A DNA stretch of 64,000 nt from positions 3,472,001 to 3,536,000 of the forward strand of contig NC_043007.1 of the NCBI RefSeq assembly GCF_006345805.1, read 5' to 3'. Positions 13,747-25,155 of the stretch are shown piece by piece. The stretch is from Octopus sinensis. Lineage: Eukaryota. How positions within the stretch are numbered: the stretch's first letter is position 1; each line of letters begins with the position of its first letter. Both the position numbers and the translations under genes were made by a program. Below the pieces are notes generated by a model, which worked only from the letters and a program-made list of their open reading frames with translations, did no database searches and was not told where the DNA came from.

Positions 13747-15674
13747 TAAACCGGGAGCGGAAGAGGCTGTGCCTCCGGAAAAGGTGATAGGGTCTTAGTA
13801 AGTAGCCTATTATTATGGGAGGCGATTATCTGGGCGAGGTTTTTAGTGTTGGAGAAAGCTATCCTAACTTTATGTGAGTTAACCGTGGAGTAATATTTAG
13901 AATTTCTGGGGAAGTTATTGGCGATGGCTTGTCTAAACATGAGGGGGAGGTTAGTTCTAATCTGCTTACCAAAGGGGATTACAAACCATATATGCTTATT
14001 CCTATCAGTGTGATGGGTCGGGACGCCAGCTCTCGCATTCGGGTGGGTGATTCTCGGATGAATAACGGGTCTTGGGTTAGTGTAAGACCTCCCGGACCGA
14101 TAATTATCCTTGTTCGCTAAATTAAATGCGGGAGCGACTACCCCGGCATCCGCCGCGCTCCCGTCCTTACTTAAAATGTTAATGTTATTATATACGGCCC
14201 TATCCTGATGACCGAATGATGGCATCGGAAGGGCCGGATCAATATAAATTACCTTCTGCCTATAACCGGCCTTGGATAGTGCGGCGTTATAAAATTCCGC
14301 TTTCTGCATAAAAATATCGGCACTGGCGGACAAGCCAGACAATCTTAGAGAGATGTTTTTAACCAAATTGTCTGTTACGGTTTTGGCATGATTTGAGAAG
14401 ACACTGACATACTTCAAATTAGTGGAAGGCTTATGGTAAGGGCAGTATGAGTCGCTATTAAGGTTAAGTGTAACGTCTAGGAAATTAGCCTTGGTGAGTT
14501 CATTATCAAAAACTATACTCATGCCCATTCTATTAAAAAACCTAGCTAACCTGCTCTTAGTTTTCTGCACTATTCTGTTCGTGGTGTTTTGCAGGTAAAA
14601 CAGACAATCGTCACGATACAGGCCGCCCGCGATCTCCGGGAATTGGTCGGACAATTCGTAGAGAATATATATTCCGACCAAATCGGCTATCTGCGCACTA
14701 TCCGAACTACCCATAGGCACATCAAATTCATTGGGAGTATCTTTACGGATCCACAACTTATTATCAAACTTAATAAACGATTTCCTGGCAACTAAAATGA
14801 TATCTATCTCTTCTCTGGTGAGGCCAGCCTTGTTGTGAGCATGCCAGAGGGCCTTATTTAGCACACTAGGGTTAATCGAGGGGTAGAAGCTGGCGATATC
14901 AAACTGAATGAACCTAGTACGGTTCTTATTGGGGATGGAAGAGAACCACTTCACTACCTGCGAGGAGTTGGCCCAGAGGCTGAGCTTCAGCTTGTTTACT
15001 AAACTAGGGATATATTTATCTAAAATGTACTTACTGATTATCCCGATATCAGATCTAGCAGGGCATATGAGTCTTAGCGCTGGGTTGGTGTGGAAGTTAG
15101 GTTTATGGTCCTTCACTATAAATCTGGGTTGCTTGGGGCTAAGCGGCTGAGTTCTCATTTGAATTCGGTGTTTAAATATTATTTCCTTAATTTCCAAGTT
15201 TACCTTCCTCAGGGTACTCCAATTGGTTTTTCTATAATTTTTCTTGATCTCTTTACCGAGTAAATCTAGGTACTGCTTAATGGGCATCTTGTATGTGTTC
15301 CTGGTCTTGTCGGACTGGACCAGGACTCCGTCCGTTCTATTAATGTCCTTGGTAATTTTATCTAGGTATCTGAGGTGGGTATTTCTCCTGGGTGACTTCC
15401 TGAACTTAATCTTTCTAACTATGTCCCACAAGTCGTCCTCAAACTTCTTCAGTCTTGGGTTCGGTGGCGGCGTATCCAATGTTTTAAAAAGCCGGCCGTA
15501 TTCGGACGATGCTGTTGTCCGGTTCGATTTTAGATCTTCGTTCTCGTGGAAGAAAATGAGCCATCTTATCCGGTTTATGAATGCGTTGGTTTTACAAACC
15601 AACTCCTTAAGGAAGGCATCCTTTGGTGGTATAGGAATATCATTAAGGGACGCATCAATCTCGAACAACTCCAT
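13746..15674 (-). CDS. PLE reverse transcriptase (642 aa, uninterrupted)
   Basis: Motifs FDIASFYPSI, VPMGSSDSAQIADLVG, GGLYRDDCL, NFLDVTLNL, PYHKP, and C-terminal RNKHIWF...HNNRLL typical of PLE RTs. Confidence 0.95.
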   Translation of the reverse strand: MELFEIDASLNDIPIPPKDAFLKELVCKTNAFINRIRWLIFFHENEDLKSNRTTASSEYGRLFKTLDTPPPNPRLKKFEDDLWDIVRKIKFRKSPRRNTHLRYLDKITKDINRTDGVLVQSDKTRNTYKMPIKQYLDLLGKEIKKNYRKTNWSTLRKVNLEIKEIIFKHRIQMRTQPLSPKQPRFIVKDHKPNFHTNPALRLICPARSDIGIISKYILDKYIPSLVNKLKLSLWANSSQVVKWFSSIPNKNRTRFIQFDIASFYPSINPSVLNKALWHAHNKAGLTREEIDIILVARKSFIKFDNKLWIRKDTPNEFDVPMGSSDSAQIADLVGIYILYELSDQFPEIAGGLYRDDCLFYLQNTTNRIVQKTKSRLARFFNRMGMSIVFDNELTKANFLDVTLNLNSDSYCPYHKPSTNLKYVSVFSNHAKTVTDNLVKNISLRLSGLSASADIFMQKAEFYNAALSKAGYRQKVIYIDPALPMPSFGHQDRAVYNNINILSKDGSAADAGVVAPAFNLANKDNYRSGRSYTNPRPVIHPRITHPNARAGVPTHHTDRNKHIWFVIPFGKQIRTNLPLMFRQAIANNFPRNSKYYSTVNSHKVRIAFSNTKNLAQIIASHNNRLLTKTLSPFPEAQPLPLPV

Positions 15675-15822
15675 TATTGGTATCGGTTAAAGTAGCAGTT
15701 TCTTGACGAAGCGGTATGTATTATGTGAAATAGAAAGATGAATAATCTTGTAGTAGATTAATCAAAAGTTTAACCGATACCTTAGTAGCAAAAATCACAT
15801 CAGTAAACAGCACGGTTGGAGG

Positions 15823-16267
15823 TAGTGACAGGAACGCAGTTCTAATTTCAGAAACTAATCCTAGCAGATTAAGATTCACGTCGGCGAACTCCAAGATCAA
15901 AAACGCCGTCTACCAATGCAAGGTTTACACGGACTCAGATGTCTTCACTTATGTAGGGGCATCATCCTCAAGATTGTCTTTGCGTGTCTCCAACCATTAC
16001 GCAACTTTTCGGGATGTGAACAAGCGCCAGACCACGGGACTCAGTAAGCTAATATGGCGACTGAAGGATACGAACTTAAGCTATAGGCTGGAATGGTCAA
16101 TTTTGTCGGTGGCCCTCCCATTTGATAGGGGCAGAAGACAGTGCAACCTTTGTGTCTCCGAACTCTTCCATATTTTGTTTGCCAGAGGCCGGATGGTAAA
16201 CAGGCTCTTACAGTCGGCTTTTCGATGCCCCCATTGGCGGCGTTACACTTATCTGGCTTTTAAATAG
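15823..16267 (+). pseudogene. Inverted duplicate of the GIY-YIG domain lacking its own start
   Basis: Reverse complement of 12988-13432; upstream in-frame TAA at 15743-15745 with no ATG before the junction. Confidence 0.85.
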
Positions 16268-16865
16268 CGTTTATAAATAATACCGGCACCCATAGCCCTT
16301 GGTAACAAATTCTGAAATAGCCTTTAAGATATCTACGATTAACCACTGCAAGGGGAATTACTCCTGTAAGACAAACGGGGCTTGGTTTTTTCACAGCGGG
16401 GGGTTTCCTTGACAAGGCAGGCTTAGATGAACACACACACACATAAAACATAATATATATATATATATTTTCTTTCTGCCACCCAACGGTTATCACGGCA
16501 GTAGCCACTGACAGCCGAACGATCAAACGCACACACGTACACAAAAAATGTTTTCTACCCCTACGCCAACACACACATATATAGTACAGTATACACACAC
16601 ACACGTCTCTAAGTAGATTTTTTCTCGCCCCTTATAAAACATCCAATATTCCTTAAATAGTCAGAACTTTATTCTCGGTCACAAAGAACATCTATACACC
16701 CTCACCCACATGATTGACCGATGCCTGACCCGTTGAATTCTTCAGCCACCGGTTCTCAACATACACTGATAAACAGTTTCGCCATGGGCTCTTAGGAGCA
16801 TAGTTCGATTTGTTTTTGTTTTTGCTCCGCCTCTGTTCTGTTTTTGTTTTTCCAACGGATTTCCT

Positions 16866-16957
16866 ATTTTCTTCCTGAAGAGAAAGACACAATATGGTCC
16901 CATTATTCAATCGGATTTTGGTAATTTGTGCCTTTCGAAACACGTGTAGAATGAAAT
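16866..16957 (+). ncRNA. Type I hammerhead ribozyme in PLE repeat
   Basis: TTC-CTGAAGA(16875-81)-GAAAG.CACAA...TTGTG.CTTTC-GAAA(16937-40)-CACGTG-TA-GAA; predicted GUA cleavage after 16948. Confidence 0.8.
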
Positions 16958-17010
16958 AAAACGATTTCTGTTCAATCTGCGTTCAGCTCCATTTCTTCAA
17001 TTCACCAATA

Positions 17011-17058
<48 letters not shown>

Positions 17059-17065
17059 TATATAT

Positions 17066-17166
<101 letters not shown>

Positions 17167-17368
17167 TTGGAACTGGTGGCAGCAGTTCTCTCTGAGGAAG
17201 GTTAATATTCCAATTTTGATTCAGTATTATATAAAGAAATCTAAATTTATTCGAATAGCTGGATACTTTTCTCGCTATTCAATCTAAGAGGACAATAATG
17301 ATCAGTGTATGTTACTATCGATCATCGAACACGAGATGTAGATAAATCTAGAGAATATATATCATTAC

Positions 17369-17488
17369 CTCAAGTGAGAAACTGTAAATTCGTCATTTTC
17401 CCTTATGGCAGCTTGCAGCCATTTGTATTGATCCTCGTTGTGGAAGTTACGATACATCACTGTATTCCACTTAGGAAATATTCCTCTG
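17369..17488 (-). CDS. Candidate internal host exon (120 nt, phase 2-2), product unknown
   Basis: Open frame RGIFPKWNTVMYRNFHNEDQYKWLQAAIRENDEFTVSHL; donor AG|GTAATG; TAGCAG acceptor; weak pyrimidine tract. Confidence 0.35.
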
Positions 17489-19094
17489 CTATTTGTAATT
17501 AATTTCAAGATTCTCAAGTATTTTAGGAAGAATAATTCGGGGTTGAATTTGTAAATAACCTTCTTATTGTTGTGGTTGTTCCAACTGGGTTTTTGATGTT
17601 GCAATTTGATTCGAAGTGACAGAACGTTTCAACTCGAATTGAATTGAGATTTGAAACTTCTGAAGAGAACTTAGGCATGAGAACTATGGTTCCACGTCAA
17701 AAACGCTACTCTGCTGGAACCTGTAAATAGCATTCGGTGCCATTAGCAAAGACTAACCAACGTTTTCGTGAGCAATTCACTTCAAGTAATGTTGTTTTGC
17801 TAAAACTTTCAGACAGTTTTATCAAATCCGTTTTACGGATTAATAGTTATTTATAAAGAGGCATTCATGTATTATGTTATGATATCCTTAACTTGTTTTC
17901 TATCTACTAATGGCATTGTATGGCTATTTTCTCGTATAAATAGTTATTTATAAAGTGGTATTCGCGGATTCTATTACGCTTTCTTATCTTGAATTCTTTA
18001 TACACTTTGTCCTAAAGACATTTTAAAGCTGTTTTCTCATTCATTTCGGTGCAAAATGTCAAGTCTCCGAGCGGTTTTATTTCGAATTTTAATTGTACAA
18101 GTATAAAACTTTATTTAATTTACAAAACAAAATGTGAAACATGACATCGATGAATGTCTAAAATAAAATGAAATACAAACAAATTTAATCAATGGAAGAA
18201 CACTTTGAATTTTTCCCAAGAGATTTACTTACGCAAAAACAACAGTTGTGTTGGAGCTTTTAGGATTTGATACACATATTACAGTTTGCAATAGAATATT
18301 CTGGAAGTTTCTTATGGAGTATTGAGATGTTAAGCGATATAGGTTGATGGAGATATTATAAAGAGTGTTTACCTATATACTTAATTCTGTATATCCATAC
18401 AGCTTTCGGCTAAATAAAAGGCTCCAGTAATCAATATAACCCATGTATATGAGTGTATACAGTGAGAGAGAGGGGAATAGAGGGAGGTAGAGCGAGAAAG
18501 AAAGAGAGATGTGGAGACAGAGCTCATAAAAACGTTAGGATTATATATCGATTTTAAACATTGTTAATCTTTTGTTGCCATACTTTCCGTTGAAATCCAC
18601 TTCCTTTGTTTAAATTAATATTGAAACTAATGAAGCATTTATTAAAATAACTGTCATTATTAAGCTGGTGTTTGAAATATAAATTAACGTAAAATTTTGA
18701 TGGAGAGTTTTAATTTAGCTCAACAACAAAAGAGGAAACGTGTACCGTAGAACTAGGGGCGGTTTCAGGCGGGTTGGCATCAAAAGGGTTAAGTTGAAAA
18801 GCAGACGATTAATTTAATTCCAGAAAACTAATTTTATCGAACATTAAATGTTTAATGATTCTACTTTGCGATATTTATTATTTCGTTTTGAAGAGGTGAA
18901 AAATGTTTAGCCGGAAGAGTAAGGGAAGCTGAACATCACAGACATTACCATTAAATTCTATATTTAGAAATGTGTTTAAAAATTGTATTCATGTTAGCCG
19001 CTTTATATTCTATGGAAAACCTGCGATAGTAACAATATTCGGGAGTAGATTTTTAGTTTATATAAAGAAAAAAGGGGGGAGATATAAATATTTA

Positions 19095-19508
19095 AGGCGG
19101 CGAGCTGGCAGAAACGTTAGCACGCCGAGCGAAATGCGTAGTCGTATCTCGTCTGCCGTTACGTTCTGAGTTCAAATTCCGCCGAGGTCGACTTTGCTTT
19201 TCATCCTTTCGGAGTCGATTAAATAAGTACCAGTTACACATTGGGGTCGATATAATCGACTTAATCCGTTTGTCTGTCCTTGTTTGTCCCCTCTGTGTTT
19301 AGTCCCTTGTGGGTAGTAAAGAAATAGGTATTTCGTCTGTCATTACGTTCTGAGTTCAAACTCTGCCGAGGTCGACTTTGCCTTTCATCCTTTCGGGGTC
19401 GATTAAATAAGTACCAGTTACACATTGGGGTCGATATAATCGACTTAATCCGTTTGTCTGTCCTTGTTTGTCCCCTTTGTGTGTAGCCACTTGTGGGCAG
19501 TAAAGACA
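19095..19508 (+). mobile_element. SINE family A with tandem 184-bp body duplication
   Basis: Body unit starts at 19144 and again at 19328. Confidence 0.85.
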
Positions 19509-22500
19509 TAAGAAGTATATGAATATTTGATATCATTCGCAAATGTCTGTGTAAGGGTTATATCTAATGCAATTTAGGCTTTTATACTGAATTAAAGAAC
19601 CGGAATGGAAGTGCCAATACAAATATTCATTGAGGAGCGATAGTTATAATGTAACCATCATATGAACGTTTCTACAAGGGCCTCGATTCTTAAGTTGAAC
19701 TCAGTACTGCAGTCAAGCAATGCAGTCGGTTATTATATAGCAATAGTTAGTAACGATTCTTAACGTTCTAATTTCAAATCATACAAAGGTCGGCTGCGTG
19801 TTTCTTCATTCAAGGTTCCATAAAATACTATCCCAGTCAATCCTAGAAATAGACAATCCCAGATTGTGAAGACTTATGTCAATGTAAAATATCAATTATA
19901 CAGTAAAGTTTCTACGCATGATATCTATGTACAACCACGTAGACTGTGGCAGCGAGTGTTGAGCCGAGGACACAGCAGTTTGCCGATAACAGAATCGAGA
20001 CGATTTTCTATGCTTCAATAAAATAAATGACTTATTTATGAAACAAAGATTGATTTTGTTCGAGTCTTTATTGATATGATGACAATAGGATTGGTTGAAA
20101 CATAAGCCTGGGTGCTTATCCAGTATTTCGTGCAAATAGACTTTCCGACAGCGTTTGTTTCCTAAACTTTCAGTGATCATTTTAGGTTTTCCAAAAAGAA
20201 ACTGGAATCCGCACTAATATACATCCAAGGATCAGAATGTCCAATCCTTCTGTTAAGTTAAGTCACATGTTCTGACTATATTTCTGGTTATAAGTCCAGA
20301 AATTCCTTGTAACATCTTATCTGCAATGGTCTGTCACACGTTAAACTCGCCATGATGAGTTAAACTTACACTTATATTTTAAAATAAGGTCCTTTGTCAC
20401 CAATAAAAGCTCATAAAGTGAAAGGAAATTCATAGCCACAAATAAATGTTGGTGGTTATTTCTTAACTTTATGTCAACCTTGAGTGAACAGATCCAAGAT
20501 CAAGAGTGTTCCAGCCACGATCACTCCATATTTCAAGGGGTGTGTAAAAGTACAATATGCAAAATACCTTTACCTTTCCCCCAAGCGATGGAGTGTGGTT
20601 TGAAAGAAATTTTACTGTGATTTCCAGCAGATCGAATGACGATGCAAGGGAATGTTTGATGGGTCGTTTTTATAGTGAACTGAATGGATGACTGAAGCCT
20701 AGATAAATACGAACCCATACCTTACAATCAGAAAATAAATTATGTAAGGCTTGCACTTCGACATTCGACTGTTCTGCATCGCAGAGATGGATATAAAGTT
20801 TTTAAAAAATAACTTTAGAGCTAATACGCTTAAGGTGTTTTTTTTTCTCTCTCTAAGTGCGTGTAAATAGTTTTGTAAATGGGCTTACGTGGACTAAGCC
20901 TTCTGTTCATACGCCATGTTAAATTCAGTTAAGTGATTCCTTTATGCTAAACTGAATATTGAGAAGAGAGGTTCCTTTCTTTCAGTATTTACAAAAGCAT
21001 ATTTATGTTTAAACCTACAGTATAGCGATATAAATGTTCCGAGTGAATCCTTTTTTAGTTCGGATTTTATTATTCTGTTAGAAAGAGTTTTCATATAAAA
21101 TGGCGAACTAACAAAGATGGTAGAAAACCTAGGAATTCTTTTAATATTTTATTGAATGCTGAAATTATTACTTTTTATATTATTCCCAATCAGTTATGTG
21201 GAATCATTTGAGACGATTTACTTTTCAAAGATTTTTCCTATATTTGTGCTTAATATTTAAATAGAATAGCTCGCCAACGTAAGCACAATAGCAGAGAATT
21301 GTGGGAAAGAAATATCAAGATTAGAATCCATTTACGATTTCTGAATAGTATTAGCGATTTAAAGTTCTCAAAAGTATTAGCGATACAAACCAGTTCTCAA
21401 AAGTATTAGCGACTTTAAAGATTTCTGAAAACTATTAGTGATTTAAAGGATTTGAAGGTGTAAAGAGATAGCATATATATGTACGACTCAAAACCATAAT
21501 CCGTGGGGAAATTCGTATAATTAATGACAGTCTTCCTTTCAGTTGGTCTGAATGAAAATGATAATTCTCAGGTTGTTACCCCGTTAAAATTGTTCCACTA
21601 TACCATCTGATATCTATGGATATTGTAATGAGAAACATTGAATTATAATAATGGATCTCTCAGTCCTGCTGCAAGCTATTTTAAATCGACAGGTTTTCCT
21701 ATGATCATATTGCCGTCCGTAGCCTCCCAAACTACGACATCCTCGTTACCTGCTGGTTCTATGAACAACAATTAATCTTCCGATTAGCAACGATAACCTC
21801 GGGTGGAATCGATAACAATTTACACTTCCTCTGTGTCCTTTCTCTCTCCTTTTACTTCCTATCACCATAGACTGACTTGCGCACATTCGCATCATTCGTC
21901 TCCTTTAATCGCCTTCCTTCACATAAAGACGCAACCACACACACTTAGGTATCCGATGCTCCCACCTCTCTACTCACACATACTACGGTATTCAATCACA
22001 TTTATCACCACAACGTGTCGATATTCACTCAATCCATCACGCACATATCCGTACTGTTACACGTATGATTCTTCCACCCAAAAGCTCGCGCATACCTCTC
22101 AGCTGTTGTTATCCACTTCTTCCCACTTATCTTTTCGCATGAATGGCAATTTCTCACTGTTCATCTCTATATTCCGTTCCCTTTCGACCAGAAACCACCA
22201 TACAGCTCCCTTGTTTATCATCATGACTTTTAAACAACAGTTTACCCTCACTTATTTATTACATTTTTAGTTATCCGTCTTCATAAAGGGATTCGCTAAA
22301 ACATTCGTACCATCTTTTCAACGTGGCTTAAGAAATGGTTTTATTTCTTGACTGTGTATAAAGTGGCCAATTGGCAGGTTCGATAGCATGCCGGAAAAAA
22401 TGCTTAGCAGTATTTCGTCCGTCTTTATGTTGTGTGTATGAATTCCGCCGGCCCAACTTCGCCTTTCATCCTTTCGGGATCGGTGGATAAGTACCAGTTA

Positions 22501-23919
22501 TGCACTGCGCAGACGTAATTAAGCAACTCCTTCCCCTAAAAAGAAAAACCCAAGCCTTGTGCCCATAGGAGTAAGGATTATTTCTTTATTCTATGTTTTC
22601 CGCGAGATAAATCCTCGCCAATCCAGTACAGTGACTAGAGTCTTAAGACTTTGGATTACTGACACTGCAGAGGGATTAAGGTAAAAAAAAAAAACTACTA
22701 AAATGTTAAACTGAAAACACAAAAATATCCCAAATACGGTTGATCTAAGATGTTCCTTTCAAAGGAAGAATGACAAACAATCAATTACCAGGCAAAATAT
22801 CTTTACATCCCACGTTCAAATCTGGTCAAGGTGAACTTTATCTTTCATATCTTCGAGGGCCGTTAAAGTGCTGAAGCCAATATATAATTATATAAGATTA
22901 TTAACTATTATATCCACGGAATGCGTATTGCTGTGCGTATGTGAAAACGAAAATCAATATTTTCAATATTTAGATACGCCCCTTTATGTTCTAGGTTCAA
23001 TAAACTCCGAGGTTGATAAAATATATAATGGTCATAGAGTGGAGTCGATTAAATCAATAAATGTATGTTAACGCGAGAGAAGATTATTGCTCATTGTTAT
23101 CCGGTATTGCTGTTGTAAAATATTCTATGAATCTTCAATTCGTTTAAAAGCAATATCTCATTAATGTGATGGAATTACATTCGTGTCAGAGAGAAACTAT
23201 TAGCATCGCTGTAGTTAAGACTGTTAACTCGTTTCATAATTCAGTTAAAGCTCTTTCGAAATATTAAATAAAATATTTAGAATTTTATGTCCATTACAGA
23301 CTTGTGATTAATAACTTCGCTAGTAATCACGTTTTTCCGGGTTCGATTACGCTCATTGGCATTTCGCATGAGTGATTTCTAGCTAAGGCTAGGCGCGACC
23401 TCCAGTGAAATTGCGTCGACGGAAATTGAACGTAAGTCTGTCAAAGTGGGATTTTCTGTCACGTTTATTGCAAACTTAATCCAACGCCCAGTACAACGTC
23501 TTCAACTGGCTTTTGGTGTTCTTAGTTGAGTCTAGTCTGTGGCAAGCAGTGCCTCGAACTGATGTTATCCCTCCTCCTTTAACCCGACCAGTAACGAAAA
23601 TTCTGAAAGATGGTCAATAGGTACTGTCTTCCATCGCCCTCCCGCTTCTCACCAAACCATTAAAAATAAAACAATTAAAATATAACAACACAATATTTCT
23701 TTTAACAATAGTAATTAGCGTAAAACCAATAACCCACACGCCTGAAAATTCGATTCACCAAAGTCTTTTAATTTTTATTATTATTTTAAAGAAATGAAAG
23801 TTGTGTGAGAACACGAGATAACTTTCTCAACCGAAATATTTATTCTGCAATCCTCACTGATTTATACATGCCGGACAATGCTAATTAAAACCTTTTTCTG
23901 TGTGTGTGTGTGTGTGGTG

Positions 23920-23963
<44 letters not shown>

Positions 23964-24201
23964 TGTGGTACTTTCTTTTATGAGCTTAAGTGGAGGTGGA
24001 GATAGGCTAAGTTGGCCTTGGTAGGCTTTGAACTCTGAACGTAAAGAGCCGGAACAACCAAATACCACCGCAAAGCGTTTTTCCGCCCCTATCTCAATTC
24101 TGCCAAACAACTAGCCTTATTGGTGTATATATAATAATACACACACACACATACATACATACATATATATATATATAATATATATACATATATATAAATT
24201 T

Positions 24202-25014
<813 letters not shown>

Positions 25015-25016
25015 TG

Positions 25017-25155
25017 AATGAGAACCCAGATTCGAAATTTCCCTAAGAATGAAGGCTGGAGGGTATATCAGCCGAAACAAGATGAGGAAAAATAGCCGTC
25101 AATTGTAAATAATGTAAATAATGTACATAATTCCTCATCTTTTAAATATAAAATT
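25017..25155 (+). mobile_element. Family D 3' fragment with deleted HHR
   Basis: GAATGAGAACCCAG...GAAGGCTGGAGGGTATATCAGCCGAAAC...GATGAGGA...ATAATTCCTCATC; CTGA core and stem I/III lost. Confidence 0.8.

Larger units (their letters stand above)
12087..17014 (-). mobile_element. Penelope-like retroelement (RT + C-terminal GIY-YIG type), near-intact, with direct pseudo-LTR piece and inverted 5' extension
   Basis: RT and GIY-YIG ORFs; 12087-12192 repeated directly at 15719-15824; 12243-13432 repeated inverted at 15823-17014; (TA)n on both flanks; HHR motifs. Confidence 0.95.

Noticed and set aside
13355-15690. Plus-strand ORFs overlapping the PLE ORFs
   Set aside because: Antisense shadows of the RT/EN reading frames with no recognisable motifs
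21803-22270. 155-aa ORF in pyrimidine-rich DNA, and the similar ORF at 27096-27473
   Set aside because: Composition-driven; no motif I can support, probably decayed retroelement sequence
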